Source: an uncultured Chloroflexia bacterium
Lineage (GTDB): Bacteria; Chloroflexota; Chloroflexia; Thermomicrobiales; UBA6265
Direction: 5' to 3'
Assembly (NCBI GenBank): GCA_963724295.1
Contig: CAVRUC010000005.1
Span: forward strand, 224,001-288,000
Length of the DNA: 64,000 nucleotides
The first letter of the stretch is position 1, and each line of letters begins with the position of its first letter. The notes under the pieces were generated by a model. The model did no database searches. It had not been told where the DNA came from and saw only the letters and a program-made list of their open reading frames with translations. Below, piece after piece: positions 20,131-31,211 of this stretch. The position numbers and the translations under genes were made by a program.

Positions 20131-20252
20131 GAGATTCGAATTGCGATGCTGAATCACCCTCCCGCATGCAGGCGCACGCCAAAGGCGGGTATCCTGCCTG
20201 TCTGAATGGCATTCCGGAGCGCGCCGTAACGCGCTACATCCAGGGGTCACGG

Positions 20253-21605
20253 GTGACGAGCGCGGTGGAAGCGACCTTGCCAGATTCGGCAGGCTCGGGC
20301 ATGACCGATGCCGAGAGGCTGGACCGAATCGTCGTCCGCTGTATGGCGTGCGAAGCCCGCTTCACCGGCGCCGAAGCGCTCTCCCAATGCCCCACCTGTG
20401 GCGGCCTCCTCGACGTGGTGATCCCCACCAGGCGCAAGCTGACGCCGTCAGACTTCGGTGTGGGTGTCCCCGCGACCGGCACGCACTCCGGCGTCTGGCG
20501 GTACCTACCGCTCTTACCGGCCCTTCCCGAATCTGCGCTCGTCAGCCGCTGGGAAGGAAACACTCCGCTCTACCGTGACGACCGCCTGGCGCGCTACGCC
20601 GGACTCCCTGACGGCCATCTCGAACTGAAGCACGAGGGCCACAATCCCACGGCCTCGTTCAAGGATCGCGGAATGACGGTCGGGGTCAGCCACGCCAGGG
20701 CGGTCGGCGCTCGCATCGTGGCCTGCGCCTCGACGGGGAATACCTCCGCCTCGCTGGCCGCGTACGCGGCCGCGGCTGGCATCCCGGCGCTGGTTCTCGT
20801 GCCGGAGACCAAAGTCGCGACCGGAAAGCTGGCGCAGACTGTCGCCTACGGCGCAAGGGTCGTTCAGGTCGACGGCGACTTCGACATCGCGCTGGCACTG
20901 CTACGGAAGCTGACCGCCGCCTACGACGTCTACCTGGTGAACTCGGTCAACCCCTTCCGCCTGGAGGGGCAAAAGACCATCGTCTTCGAGATGCTCGAGC
21001 AGCGTGGTTGGCAACCACCCGACTGGATCGTGCTGCCCGGCGGCAACCTCGGCAACACTTCCGCATTCGGCAAGGCGCTCGCAGAGCTGCACGCGGTCGG
21101 GCTGATCGACCGGCTACCACGCCTGGCCGTCATCCAGGCAGCCGGAGCGGCGCCGTTCGCGGCCTACCACGCGTCCGGGTTCGAGGAGTTCGCCCCGGTC
21201 CAGGCTGAGACGATCGCCACGGCGATCAAGATCGGCAACCCGGCATCGGCGGCTCGAGCCCGCCGCTCGATCGAGCTGAGCAACGGCTGGGTGACCACAG
21301 TCGATGACGATGAGATCCTGGACGCCAAGGCCGCGATCGACCGTAGCGGCATCGGCTGTGAGCCGGCGTCGGCCGCTTCGCTGGCGGGGCTGCGTCGCCT
21401 CGTGCGAGACGGCATCGTCGGTCCGGCGGAAACCGCGGTGGCACTCCTCACCGGCCACATCCTGAAAGACACCGACGCGGTCACCGCCTACCACTTCACC
21501 GACGACGTCGACGGCGCTCCGCGGCGCGGCGCGAACCGGCCGATTCGTGTCGCCGCCGAGATTTCCGCGCTGGAGCAGGCTCTCGCCGATGCGCTTCACG
21601 GTTAG
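20253..21605 (+). CDS. thrC: Threonine synthase
   Basis: N-terminal CxxC...CxxCGG, NPTASFKDRG, CASTGNTS, PGGNLGN, CEPASAA; start may instead be 20301. Confidence 0.93.
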   Translation: MTSAVEATLPDSAGSGMTDAERLDRIVVRCMACEARFTGAEALSQCPTCGGLLDVVIPTRRKLTPSDFGVGVPATGTHSGVWRYLPLLPALPESALVSRWEGNTPLYRDDRLARYAGLPDGHLELKHEGHNPTASFKDRGMTVGVSHARAVGARIVACASTGNTSASLAAYAAAAGIPALVLVPETKVATGKLAQTVAYGARVVQVDGDFDIALALLRKLTAAYDVYLVNSVNPFRLEGQKTIVFEMLEQRGWQPPDWIVLPGGNLGNTSAFGKALAELHAVGLIDRLPRLAVIQAAGAAPFAAYHASGFEEFAPVQAETIATAIKIGNPASAARARRSIELSNGWVTTVDDDEILDAKAAIDRSGIGCEPASAASLAGLRRLVRDGIVGPAETAVALLTGHILKDTDAVTAYHFTDDVDGAPRRGANRPIRVAAEISALEQALADALHG

Positions 21606-22533
21606 AACCCCCGCGTCGTCGGCGAACCTTGGACCGGGGTTCGATGCGCTCGGGCTGGCCCTCGGACTCTGGAACGAAGCGACGATTGACCCATCCGGTG
21701 AACCAGGGCTGGTCACCCTGCGGGGTACCGAGGCCGGGCTGTTGGACGGCCGCGAGAATCTGGCGCTAACCGCTATGAATCGGCTGGCGCATGAGACAGG
21801 CCGTACCCTACCGCCCTTCTCCCTGGTCGTGCGCACGGACGTTCCGGTTGCCAGAGGACTGGGGTCTTCGGCCGCGGCCCTTGTCGCCGGGCTCGTCGCG
21901 GCCAATCATCTGCTCGCAACCTCGCTTCCGGTCTCCGATCTCTACTCCCTTGCCTGGCAGATGGAAGGGCACGGCGATAACGTGGGCGCCGCGCTCTATG
22001 GCGGCGCGGTGCTTGCCGTGCCCGAGGTCGCTGACCCGGTGCAGCTCCTCACTCACGGCCGGCTCGATCTCTGCGCGGTGGTCTTCATCCCGCAGGTGAC
22101 CGCGCTCACGCGTGCGGCTCGCGCGGCGTTGCCACCGACGGTCCCCCACGCCGACGCGGCCTTCAATGTGGCCGCCGCCGGGGGCTTGGTGCTCGGTCTG
22201 CACACCGGAAACGCCAACCTCATCGCGGCCGGCATGCATGACCGCCTCCACGAGCCGTACCGGGCGAGACTCTTTCCCCACCTCGAAATCTTGATCGCCG
22301 CTGCACGCGGAGCCGGCGCCCTCGGCGCCTGTCTCAGCGGCGCGGGGCCGTCCGTTCTTGCCTTGACCCAGCCGGATCGGACCGACGCCGTCGCCGCGGC
22401 ATTTCGCGCCGCGGCAGCCTCGATGGGCGTGGAGGGCGAGGTGAGACAGCTTGCCGTTGCTCCGGCGGGCGCAGAGATCGTCGACGAGAATGGCCGCGTG
22501 ACCCGCCCTGCCGAGCAACTCGAAAAGCGCTAG
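21589..22533 (+). CDS. thrB: Homoserine kinase
   Basis: PASSANLGPGFD, PVARGLGSSAA, EGHGDN, LSGAGPS. Confidence 0.95.
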   Translation: MRFTVRTPASSANLGPGFDALGLALGLWNEATIDPSGEPGLVTLRGTEAGLLDGRENLALTAMNRLAHETGRTLPPFSLVVRTDVPVARGLGSSAAALVAGLVAANHLLATSLPVSDLYSLAWQMEGHGDNVGAALYGGAVLAVPEVADPVQLLTHGRLDLCAVVFIPQVTALTRAARAALPPTVPHADAAFNVAAAGGLVLGLHTGNANLIAAGMHDRLHEPYRARLFPHLEILIAAARGAGALGACLSGAGPSVLALTQPDRTDAVAAAFRAAAASMGVEGEVRQLAVAPAGAEIVDENGRVTRPAEQLEKR

Positions 22534-22569
22534 GGTAGCCAGGCAATCGCGGTTCTAGGAGGGGAAATC

Positions 22570-24066
22570 ATGGAGCGCGACCGGTTCACCACGCTGCAAA
22601 CGGGGCTCGCCCGCAAGCGGTCGCGCCGGCATGTGGTGCGCGACGCGCTTGCCGCCGCCGGTTCGCTTGGCGCCGCTCCCTGGCTCTTGCAGCTTGGCCA
22701 CGCCCGGGCGGAGGATCTGGCGACACCGATTGCGGTTCCGGGCTCGGCCGGTCAGATCGGGACACCTGAGACGGTGCCGATCGATCACCTGGTCGTCATC
22801 TTTCTCGAGAATCGCCCCTTTGACCATCTCTACGGGCTCTTCCCAGGCGCGAACGGGCTCCTGGAGCCGGAGGCGCGCATTCCGCAGACGGACGCAGATG
22901 GCGTTCCGTATGTCACCCTGCCGCCGGTCGTGAACTCCTGGGCGAATCCTCCCGCCGTCGACACCCGATTCCCGTCCGATCTGCCGAACGAGCCTTTCCT
23001 GATCGAGGACTACGTGCCGCTCGGCGATATCGACCCGTCGCCGACTCATCGCTTCTACCAGCACCAGCTGCAGGTGAACGGCGGCCGCATGGATCGCTAT
23101 GTCGTCTGGAGCGACACAGGTGGGCTCCCGTTGGGGCACTTCGACACTGAGAAACTGCCGCTCTATCCCTACGCCCGCGAGCACACTCTCTGCGACAACT
23201 TCTTCACCGCCGCCTGGGGCGGCTCCATGCTCAACCACATCTGGCTGATTGCCGCGGCTACTCCACTCTGGCCGGGTGCGCCCGCCGACCAGATCGCTCA
23301 ACCGCTCTTCGACAGCGGCGGCGCCCTCATCGGATTGCCGCATGACGGCAACGTCACGCCTGACGGCTACTGCGTCAATGACGTGCAACCGTTCTACGCT
23401 CCGTTCCAGGCCAATACACCGGTTGAAGAACGGATGCCACCGCAGCTGGCGCCAACAATCGGCGATCGCCTCTCCGACGCCGGGGTCTCCTGGGCCTGGT
23501 ATGCCGGCGGCTGGGACGACGCGGTTGCCGGCAACCCGGCGCCGACATTTCAGTTCCACCACCAGCCGTTCAGCTATTACTCCCGCTATGGCGAGGGCAT
23601 GCCGGACCGCCAGCACCTGCGGGACGAGACGCACTTCCTGACCAGCCTCACCGACGGAACGATGCCAGCCGTCTCATTCATCAAGCCGCTCGGCATCTTC
23701 GACGAGCATGCCGGCTACTCGGCCATCGCATCGGCCGAGAATCACGCTGTCGAGTTGATCGAAGCGGTGAAGGCCTCTCCGTTCTGGGAGCGATCGGCAA
23801 TCGTCGTCACCTACGACGACTTCGGCGGCTGGTACGATCACGTCGCTCCTCCCCCCATCGACCGCTGGGGGCCAGGAGGCCGGGTGCCGGCCATCATCGT
23901 CTCCCCCTGGGCCCGCCAGGGGTACATTGACTCGACGCCGTACGACCACACCTCGATCCTCAAGTTCATCGAGTGGCGATGGAGTCTGGCGCCACTCGCA
24001 ACCCGGGACGCGCTCGCCTGGAACCTGTTACCCGCATTTGATTTCGCCAAGCCAGGAGGTTCTTGA
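22570..24066 (+). CDS. Tat-exported phosphoesterase (AcpA acid phosphatase / phospholipase C family)
   Basis: SRRHVV signal, ENRPFDH, DNFF, FHHQPF, TYDDFGGWYDHV, GPGGRVP, YDHTS. Confidence 0.9.
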   Translation: MERDRFTTLQTGLARKRSRRHVVRDALAAAGSLGAAPWLLQLGHARAEDLATPIAVPGSAGQIGTPETVPIDHLVVIFLENRPFDHLYGLFPGANGLLEPEARIPQTDADGVPYVTLPPVVNSWANPPAVDTRFPSDLPNEPFLIEDYVPLGDIDPSPTHRFYQHQLQVNGGRMDRYVVWSDTGGLPLGHFDTEKLPLYPYAREHTLCDNFFTAAWGGSMLNHIWLIAAATPLWPGAPADQIAQPLFDSGGALIGLPHDGNVTPDGYCVNDVQPFYAPFQANTPVEERMPPQLAPTIGDRLSDAGVSWAWYAGGWDDAVAGNPAPTFQFHHQPFSYYSRYGEGMPDRQHLRDETHFLTSLTDGTMPAVSFIKPLGIFDEHAGYSAIASAENHAVELIEAVKASPFWERSAIVVTYDDFGGWYDHVAPPPIDRWGPGGRVPAIIVSPWARQGYIDSTPYDHTSILKFIEWRWSLAPLATRDALAWNLLPAFDFAKPGGS

Positions 24067-24120
24067 GCAGTCGCGGGGAGACAGCAATCCACCTCGAGGC
24101 TCGGCTACGTTGGCGCCGCT

Positions 24121-24699
24121 CTAGCTCTCTTCGTCCAGTATTGCGCGGAGGAGACCGGCGACGTACTCGGGGTGCGCCGATCCTACGCCCGCCTCCTGTA
24201 ACCGGATCGAAGCTAGCCCGTCGAGTTGCGCACCCCCATTGACCGCCGTCCACCCGGCCTCGAGTTCCTCAGCCGGTACAACCCACTCCTGGCCACCATC
24301 GAGCGGGCTGACCGTTACGCCCTCGCCGGACTTGACCGTATGCACGCGGAACGGCTCGCCCTTGGGAGTCTCGACCGTCTGTCCCTCGAGCACCTTCAGC
24401 TGGTCCCACAATGCCGGGGTGGTCGCATTGGCTGCCGGAGGATGGGTGACACTCGCGTTGGTCGGTTCATCCCCCTGCTCGGGAAGGTGTTCCCGGGTCG
24501 ATGCGTCGTTCGCGTAGAGCCCCTGCAGCTCGTCGAGCCCCTCCCCTGGCTCTCCGACGGTGTCCCACCGTCCGGGCGGGGGCTCCCGGCCTGGCGAATC
24601 GGCCATCTCACGAGCTGCGTTCGTGCGTCCAGTGCGCTCGGCGTCGACGGCCTCTGCATCTGATTCACGTTCGTCGTCGTCGAAGACGTTATGCATCAT
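24121..24699 (-). CDS. Hypothetical protein (acidic disordered N-terminus, compact C-terminal domain)
   Basis: ATG cluster at 24696-24705 overlaps the stop of the upstream LLM gene. Confidence 0.6.
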   Translation of the reverse strand: MMHNVFDDDERESDAEAVDAERTGRTNAAREMADSPGREPPPGRWDTVGEPGEGLDELQGLYANDASTREHLPEQGDEPTNASVTHPPAANATTPALWDQLKVLEGQTVETPKGEPFRVHTVKSGEGVTVSPLDGGQEWVVPAEELEAGWTAVNGGAQLDGLASIRLQEAGVGSAHPEYVAGLLRAILDEES

Positions 24700-25780
24700 G
24701 TCCATCCCCACCCATTCGATACCGGGGCAGGATGCTCCGTGCGAACAGGTCCATGCCGTCGCTGTGCGGCGCGTCCATGAACCAGAGCATGAAGTGGCCG
24801 ATGCCCTCGGCGATGTAGGCGTCGATCCGGGCCGCGACCTGGTCCGGAGTGCCAATGATCCAGTCGCTCGCCATCGGCTCGGGGAGCGTGTCGGTCTGTT
24901 CCGCGATGAAGGCGATGGTCGCGGGATTACGCGCGTAGTCCTTGACGTACGGGCTGATCTCGGGCGGCAGGTGATCGGCCTCACCGCCGAGTGCCACCAG
25001 CGCGGCGAGGTGATCGCGCAGCGTCTCCAGATCGGGGGCGATCAAGACCTGGGTTTCCAGACTGAGCTCGATCTCGGCCGTGTCCCGGCCGGACGCCTGA
25101 CACGCGTCACGAAGCAAACCGATGCGGCGGCGAAGCTCCGGCAGCGGGACCGGAGTCGTGTTCCAACCCTGACCAAATCGGGCGCAAGCGGCCAGCCCAC
25201 CGGGCGCCGCCTCGCCGAACCAGAGGGGTGGGTGCGGCTGTTGGAGCGGTCTTGGCGCGCAGATCGCGTCCGTCACCTCCCAGGTCCGGCCGCGGAACGT
25301 CACCGGTTCGTCGGCGGCCCAGAGCCGCAGGATCATCTCGGTCGCTTCGACCAGGTCCGCGATGCGATTCTCCATGTCGTCCCGCCAGGGCAATCCGTAA
25401 TTGACGTATTCGCGCCGCTGGTAGCCGCAGTCGAGAAAGTGGATGAGCCGGCCGCCGGAGAGCTGGTCAACAGTGGCGGCCATCTTGGCCGTCAGCGCCG
25501 GGTGCCGAAAATAGTGCGCCATGTGGATCATCCCCAGCTTGGCGCGGCTGGTGGCCCCGGCGAGCGCTGAGAGCACCGTCCATCCTTCGAGGATCGCCTC
25601 GTCCTTACCGAGCATCAGGTGATCGGCCACCCAGAGCGAGTCGTACCCCAGCTCCTCGGCCCGCTTCCCCCAGGGCAGAATCATCGAGGGATCGAGCTCG
25701 GCGAGACCCGGGGTGCGAAAGAGCTGGATACCGGGACAGGCGAAGATCGGCAGGCAGACCCCGAACTGGATGTCACCCAC
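24689..25780 (-). CDS. LLM-class flavin/F420-dependent oxidoreductase
   Basis: [42 protein letters not shown]; start re-called to GTG 25780. Confidence 0.9.
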   Translation of the reverse strand: MGDIQFGVCLPIFACPGIQLFRTPGLAELDPSMILPWGKRAEELGYDSLWVADHLMLGKDEAILEGWTVLSALAGATSRAKLGMIHMAHYFRHPALTAKMAATVDQLSGGRLIHFLDCGYQRREYVNYGLPWRDDMENRIADLVEATEMILRLWAADEPVTFRGRTWEVTDAICAPRPLQQPHPPLWFGEAAPGGLAACARFGQGWNTTPVPLPELRRRIGLLRDACQASGRDTAEIELSLETQVLIAPDLETLRDHLAALVALGGEADHLPPEISPYVKDYARNPATIAFIAEQTDTLPEPMASDWIIGTPDQVAARIDAYIAEGIGHFMLWFMDAPHSDGMDLFARSILPRYRMGGDGHDA

Positions 25781-25817
25781 GCTGAAATCCTTCCGCGTAC
25801 CTGCGTCTCCGGCCGCG

Positions 25818-26954
25818 TCAGACGAGGTGCTGAACCGGCTCGCCACGCAGCGACCGACGCACGTTCCACCAGAGCTCCTGCGAGTCGCGCACCCACGTCC
25901 AGGGACTCTGCCAGGCATTGTGCGGTGTCAGCGTCACCCGCTCACCGGCCTCCGCCTGATCGTGCAGATCGAGCAGCGGATCGTCGACCGGCAGCGGCTC
26001 CTCGGTAAAGACGTCGAGCGCGACGGCGCCGATGCGCCCGGCCGCCACTGCTTCCGTCAGCGCCGGCTGATCGACCAGCCTGCCGCGCGCGGTATTGATG
26101 AAGAGGGCGGTCGGCTTCATCAGTCCGATCTCATGGGCGCCGATGATTCCCTCCGTTTCCGGTTTCAGCGCTAGCTGCACAGAAAGTACATCGACCGTCG
26201 CGAAGAGCTCGTCCCACTCCGTGAATTCCATACCGTAGGCGCTCTCCAGCTCCGGAAAACGCTCGATGTCCCAATAGCGAATGGGCATGCCGAAGGCGTG
26301 CGCCGCCCGTGCCACCGGACGGGCGATCTCGCCCATCCCCAGCAAACCGAGGGTCAGATCACCGAGGTATTTGGTGTCCGGGAAGCCGTGCCACGAATCA
26401 ACGTAGGCCCGACTGGCCATATGCGTGCGCAGCGAAGGCAGGCGCTTGGCCCAGCTGAGGATATACGCCCAGACCTGCTCCGCCACGGTGATGTAGTTGA
26501 TCAGCGGGGTGGCAGCCACCGGGATGCCACGGGCGCGGGCGGCGTCTAGCGGCACGCCGCGATAGTCCTGCCCGAGGTGCTGGACGAGACGCAGGTTCTT
26601 CGCCCGCTGGAGCGCCTCAGCCGGCAGCCGCTCCTTGTGCAGGACCAGGAAGTCGGCGTCTTCGATAGCTCCCACGATCTCGTCGATGGAGCGAGTGAAG
26701 CGCAGGCTCCCCTCGTAGTCGGCGTAGAGCTGACCGAACGGGGCGTAGGGAGCATCGGCGCTGTTGAACCAGGTCAGATCGATGTCGTACCCGGCAAGGA
26801 TCTCTCGCAACGGCAGGGCATCGGTCTCGGCCGACGGGTTCTCACGCAGCAGCGTCTCCCGGGCTGGAGCATCCCAGCTCGCCCACGGGCGCACGCCAAG
26901 CAGGGTGTTGCCGATGCTGTCCCAGACGACGATCTTCACCGTTTCGCCGGTCAT
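25818..26954 (-). CDS. D-isomer-specific 2-hydroxyacid dehydrogenase family protein
   Basis: [29 protein letters not shown]. Confidence 0.9.
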   Translation of the reverse strand: MTGETVKIVVWDSIGNTLLGVRPWASWDAPARETLLRENPSAETDALPLREILAGYDIDLTWFNSADAPYAPFGQLYADYEGSLRFTRSIDEIVGAIEDADFLVLHKERLPAEALQRAKNLRLVQHLGQDYRGVPLDAARARGIPVAATPLINYITVAEQVWAYILSWAKRLPSLRTHMASRAYVDSWHGFPDTKYLGDLTLGLLGMGEIARPVARAAHAFGMPIRYWDIERFPELESAYGMEFTEWDELFATVDVLSVQLALKPETEGIIGAHEIGLMKPTALFINTARGRLVDQPALTEAVAAGRIGAVALDVFTEEPLPVDDPLLDLHDQAEAGERVTLTPHNAWQSPWTWVRDSQELWWNVRRSLRGEPVQHLV

Positions 26955-27178
26955 TCAGAGCTCCACATCAGCCCTACGGCTCGCTTCGCTACCGCGCGCA
27001 TCGAGTCGATCGTATCGTCAATCAGGGAGCGATGCACGGTGCAATAATCCCCAGGCATATGCCCCAACCGCATTTCCCCGTGTGACGCCATGGCGCCCAC
27101 GAGCTCCTCGCACGTGTACCCATTGCCCCGCCCCCGTCAGGTGCGAGAATGTGCCAATACTCGAGAGGAGCGTGAGCC

Positions 27179-28561
27179 ATGCATTCGACGTCACGTTGGC
27201 CGGTAACGATTCTGACCGTGATGCTCGCCATCGTAGTGGCGACCGTTGGCTTTCTGTCCCAGGTCGACCCCATCACGGCCCGCCAGGACGCCGCGGTCGA
27301 GATCTCGGTCGTCGACTTTGCCTTCGAGCCCGGCACGGTGTCGGTTCCTGCTGGTGCGACCGTGACCTGGACCAATACCGGAAGTCGGCCACACACCGTC
27401 ACCGCCGACGACGGGTCCTTCGATTCCGGCCGCCTCGACCCGGGTGAGCAATTCAGTCAGACGTTCGACCAGCCCGGAACGTTCACCTACCACTGCGGGT
27501 TCCACCCCGAGATGCAGGGCTCGATCGTCGTCGCCGAACAGCAAGAGCAGACCGCCCCAAGCGACGACGCCACGCCAACCGCTGATGAGCCCGCGAGCAG
27601 TGAATCGGCAGCCGTCTCCGACACGGCGGGACCGGTAGGTAATCTCGAGCCGGTCGAGCCGTCACGCCTGGCCCACATCCATGCCGGCACCTGCGAGGAG
27701 CTGGGTATCGTCGTCTACTCCTTCCCCGACCTCGAGACCTATCGTCTCGATGAAGGAGAGGACGCCGGTGTCGGAGCGATCGAGCTGATCACCGGGACGA
27801 CCCAAACGCCGCTGAGCGGGTTGTTCGGCGAGCCGTTCTCAGTCCACGTCCATGAGAGCGCCCAGAACAAGCAGACCTACGTCGCCTGCTCGGATATCGG
27901 CGGTAGACCTGGCGATCCCTGGACGGAGAGTGATGGTCTGACGCTGCGGGCGGTGGAGCAGAATGGGTCCGGCTACAGTGGGTTCACCACCCTCCGTCCG
28001 ACCGCCGACGGCGGCACCCAGGTGTCGATGGTCATCGCGGCGTCATCGGCAGCCACCGAGTCAGCGGCGGCCCAGCCCGAGCCACCACCCAGCACGACCT
28101 ACACCAGTCCGACTTACGGCTATACGATCGGGTACGGGCAGATGTGGGAAGAGTCGGAGAACCTTTCCGCCGGCGACCGCGATCGCCTGGTGCTGTTCAA
28201 CGGCACCAGTTACATCACCTTCACCGGCGCGCGCGAGTTCGGTGGTGATCCTCAGGCATGCGTCGATGACTTTGTCGCCGAGCTCACCGCCGATCCGAAC
28301 GTGAGCAATCTGGGGCTGGCCACCGACGAAGAGGGCAACCCCCTGGAGGGCAGCACGGCGGCGACCGGAGCGTTCGCCGTATACAGTCACGACTACACCT
28401 TCCCGGATCGGGTCGAGCCCTACACGCTCTTCGTTCGTTGCGTGCCACTGATCCCCAACGAGGCAGTCCTTGCCATCGTCCAGAACGTACCGACGGAGGA
28501 CTACAACGACCAGGTCGAGCTCCGGGAGGCGCTGCTGCGCGGATTGACTCTTGCCCAGTGA
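27179..28561 (+). CDS. Secreted multidomain cupredoxin (plastocyanin-like) protein
   Basis: Signal peptide; type-1 Cu ligands HTVT...YHCGFHPEM; further AHIHAGTC/HVHES/VAC domain and a C-terminal domain. Confidence 0.85.
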   Translation: MHSTSRWPVTILTVMLAIVVATVGFLSQVDPITARQDAAVEISVVDFAFEPGTVSVPAGATVTWTNTGSRPHTVTADDGSFDSGRLDPGEQFSQTFDQPGTFTYHCGFHPEMQGSIVVAEQQEQTAPSDDATPTADEPASSESAAVSDTAGPVGNLEPVEPSRLAHIHAGTCEELGIVVYSFPDLETYRLDEGEDAGVGAIELITGTTQTPLSGLFGEPFSVHVHESAQNKQTYVACSDIGGRPGDPWTESDGLTLRAVEQNGSGYSGFTTLRPTADGGTQVSMVIAASSAATESAAAQPEPPPSTTYTSPTYGYTIGYGQMWEESENLSAGDRDRLVLFNGTSYITFTGAREFGGDPQACVDDFVAELTADPNVSNLGLATDEEGNPLEGSTAATGAFAVYSHDYTFPDRVEPYTLFVRCVPLIPNEAVLAIVQNVPTEDYNDQVELREALLRGLTLAQ

Positions 28562-28607
28562 ACGAGGTTGAACGAAGGGTGATCGGGTGATTACTCGCTC
28601 CGCTCGT

Positions 28608-28668
28608 GGTGGCAGGGTGGCTGGGTGGCGTTCCCCCTGTCACCCAGCCACCCTGTGACCCCGCCACC
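28608..28668. repeat. Inverted pair of 8-mer tandem arrays (GGTGGCNG x3 / CNGYSACC x4)
   Basis: Read directly; ends just before the GTG start at 28672. Confidence 0.75.
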
Positions 28669-28671
28669 CAG

Positions 28672-29583
28672 GTGCCCCATCCCCTGCGGTTCCACGTGCT
28701 GCTCCTGCCGGACGTTGGCTGGGCGGAGTTGAAGTCCCGCGTCCTCAGGTTGGAGGAGCTTGGAGTCGAGGTCGCGGCGCTCGCGGACCACGTTGTCGAC
28801 TGGATTCACCCCACCGTGCCCTGGTTGGAGACGTGGACCGCGCTGCCGGCGCTGGCGGAGGCGACTCGCACCATCCGGCTCTCGACGGTCGTCACCCAGA
28901 TCCCACTGCGCAACCCGGCCATGCTGGCTCGCCAGGTCTCCACCCTCGATCACATCTCGAACGGTCGGATCGAGCTCGGTCTGGGCACGGGGCTCACGAT
29001 CGATCCGTCGAGCACCATGATCGGCGTGCCGAACTGGGAGCCCAGGGAGCGTGTCGACCGCTTCGGCGAGTACATCGAGCTTATCAGCCAGTTGCTTACT
29101 GAGGAGGTCACCACTTTCCAGGGGCGTTTTTACCAGGTCGAGGGCGCGGCCCGGCACGCTACGATCCAGTCGCCGCGCCCACCGATCCTGGTCGCCGCCC
29201 TTGGCCGGCGTATGATGCGCCACGCCGCCCGCTACGCCGATTTTTGGAACAGCCTGTCGTTCCTGCCCACCTTCGACGAACAGCTCGCTGAGACCCGGAC
29301 CCGCTGTGAGACGATCGACGGCGCGTGCGAAGCGATCGGTCGCGATCCTTCAACGCTGCGCCGGTCCTACACCATGTTCGACGCCCAGTCCCGATCTAGG
29401 GGCGGCGCGATCGGCTACTACGAATCCAGGGAGCTTCTCATCGATCAGGTCAGCCGCCTGGCTGAGCTGGGGATCAGCGACGTCGGTCTCTACTACCCCT
29501 TCGATCCGGCACAGCTCGCCGCGTTCGAGGCAATCGCTACCGAAGTGCTACCCGGTCTCCGCTCGGTCGGCCCATCGCTCTGA
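28672..29583 (+). CDS. LLM-class flavin/F420-dependent oxidoreductase
   Basis: ADHV, ETWTALPALA, RNPAMLARQVSTLDHISNGRIELGLG. Confidence 0.88.
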   Translation: MPHPLRFHVLLLPDVGWAELKSRVLRLEELGVEVAALADHVVDWIHPTVPWLETWTALPALAEATRTIRLSTVVTQIPLRNPAMLARQVSTLDHISNGRIELGLGTGLTIDPSSTMIGVPNWEPRERVDRFGEYIELISQLLTEEVTTFQGRFYQVEGAARHATIQSPRPPILVAALGRRMMRHAARYADFWNSLSFLPTFDEQLAETRTRCETIDGACEAIGRDPSTLRRSYTMFDAQSRSRGGAIGYYESRELLIDQVSRLAELGISDVGLYYPFDPAQLAAFEAIATEVLPGLRSVGPSL

Positions 29584-29715
29584 CGGCTCCGATTACTGTA
29601 ACCTTGTGCGAGACACACAATTCGCAGCCCAGCACGAGGGGCAACCGAGGGCTACACAGGGTCGGGGCGCTCGGATATCGTGCTCTCCTGACCCGCGGTC
29701 TACTGAAGGAGCATC

Positions 29716-30093
29716 ATGCCGAATCCACCGAACTTCGCCAAGAAAAACCTCTCGCACGTCAATCTGGCCACCGCCAATCTGGCGGGCGTCGATCTCCACG
29801 CGGCCAACTTGCGCGACGCTACGCTCAAAGAAGCGAATCTGGAAGGAGCGGATCTGACCGACGCGGATTTGTCCCATGCCAATCTGGCCGGGGCCAGCTT
29901 GCGCAATGCGTGCGCGTCGCATGCCAACATGGCGGATGCCGACCTGCGCGATGTTGACCTCGAGGGTACGAACCTTCGGGGAACTCGCCTTGCGGGAGCT
30001 AAGTTAGGTGATGCGCAACGAGCGGCCGCCACGGCAGCGGGAGCCGACTTCGCCGATGCCGCCGGCGACGGAGAGTCAGCCGGCGGCCACTAG
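29716..30093 (+). CDS. Pentapeptide repeat protein
   Basis: A(N/D)LxG/D pentapeptide repeats throughout; AAGGAG RBS. Confidence 0.92.
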   Translation: MPNPPNFAKKNLSHVNLATANLAGVDLHAANLRDATLKEANLEGADLTDADLSHANLAGASLRNACASHANMADADLRDVDLEGTNLRGTRLAGAKLGDAQRAAATAAGADFADAAGDGESAGGH

Positions 30094-30422
30094 AGCGGCT
30101 CCGGCGTTGGATCGCATCCATGGCGACGCGCAGTTTCGTAGGGTCACGTTTCCATCAGAACTGACGAGATTCCTCGTGCGCTGCTATGAAAAACTCGCCG
30201 AAAAACCCGAACGGACGCGGAACGGGTTTTCATGCCGTGGTGATGCCCCACCGGGGCATGACTACTCGAAATGACACCGGTTTCGTATGGAGAGCTGGCG
30301 ATGGCGAGAGATGTTGCCACGACTCCAGCATCACTGCGGGTACTCGCGTATATGAAGCGCCCTGACCCCCGTGAAGAGGGCCAGGACGCTGACAGTTGCC
30401 TATCCCAAGGCGTCGCAGAGGC

Positions 30423-31211
30423 CTACTGACGGCCTGACGACCTCCCTTCGGTGTCGTCGATGAGGGAGGCATCCTCGTCGACGTAGACCTCCTCGCGGCG
30501 CACCGTATCGCTCACCCGCTCGGTGCGCTGCGTCGCTTCCTTGCTAACGACGATCTCCTCCGCCACCCGCGCTTGCTTCTGCAGCTCGACCTGCTCGCGC
30601 GTCAGCGGCACCTCGATGACGATCTCCTCGAAGGCCTGCGTCTCGGCGCCAACCGGACGATCGACGATGCGCCGCTCCACCCGGATCTGCTCGTCGGTGA
30701 CGGGAACCTCGAGAACACGATTCTCCTCGACGACCCGCTTCTCGATGCGCACCGCGCCGGCTTCCGCAGGACGGACGGTGGCGGTGAGCTCTTCCTCTAT
30801 AACCGGGATGCGAATCTCGTTGTCATCAGCCACCTGGGCGGTTGTCGCAAGGCGATCAGCAGAGCCGCCGCGGTCGGTCACGCCGCGATCGAAGATGATC
30901 TGATCGGCTGCACTGACATCACTGCCGGTGAAGACGGTCCCACTATCCGTCATGCCCGTGGGCACCACCTCAGGCACCGTATCCCAGCCGCTATTCAGTG
31001 CCGCGTCCCTGGCGACATTCAGCGTGATCTGGCCGCCCCCGGCACTGTCGATGGCACTTGTGGGAATGTAGTAGTCGGTCGGAAAGAAGAAACCCTTCTC
31101 CACGACGATGTACCCTGACTGCACCTCGGCGACGGTGCCGACCTTGTCGCCATCGCTGCCGTAGACCTCGTCACCAACACCGATCTGGCTGGCGTCACTC
31201 GAACTGCTCAT
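30423..31211 (-). CDS. PRC-barrel/DUF2171 + YsnF/AvaK (DUF2382) stress protein
   Basis: VYGSDGDKVGTV..VEKGFFFPTDYYIP; IPVIEEEL...GAVRIEK...DTVRREEV. Confidence 0.85.
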   Translation of the reverse strand: MSSSSDASQIGVGDEVYGSDGDKVGTVAEVQSGYIVVEKGFFFPTDYYIPTSAIDSAGGGQITLNVARDAALNSGWDTVPEVVPTGMTDSGTVFTGSDVSAADQIIFDRGVTDRGGSADRLATTAQVADDNEIRIPVIEEELTATVRPAEAGAVRIEKRVVEENRVLEVPVTDEQIRVERRIVDRPVGAETQAFEEIVIEVPLTREQVELQKQARVAEEIVVSKEATQRTERVSDTVRREEVYVDEDASLIDDTEGRSSGRQ

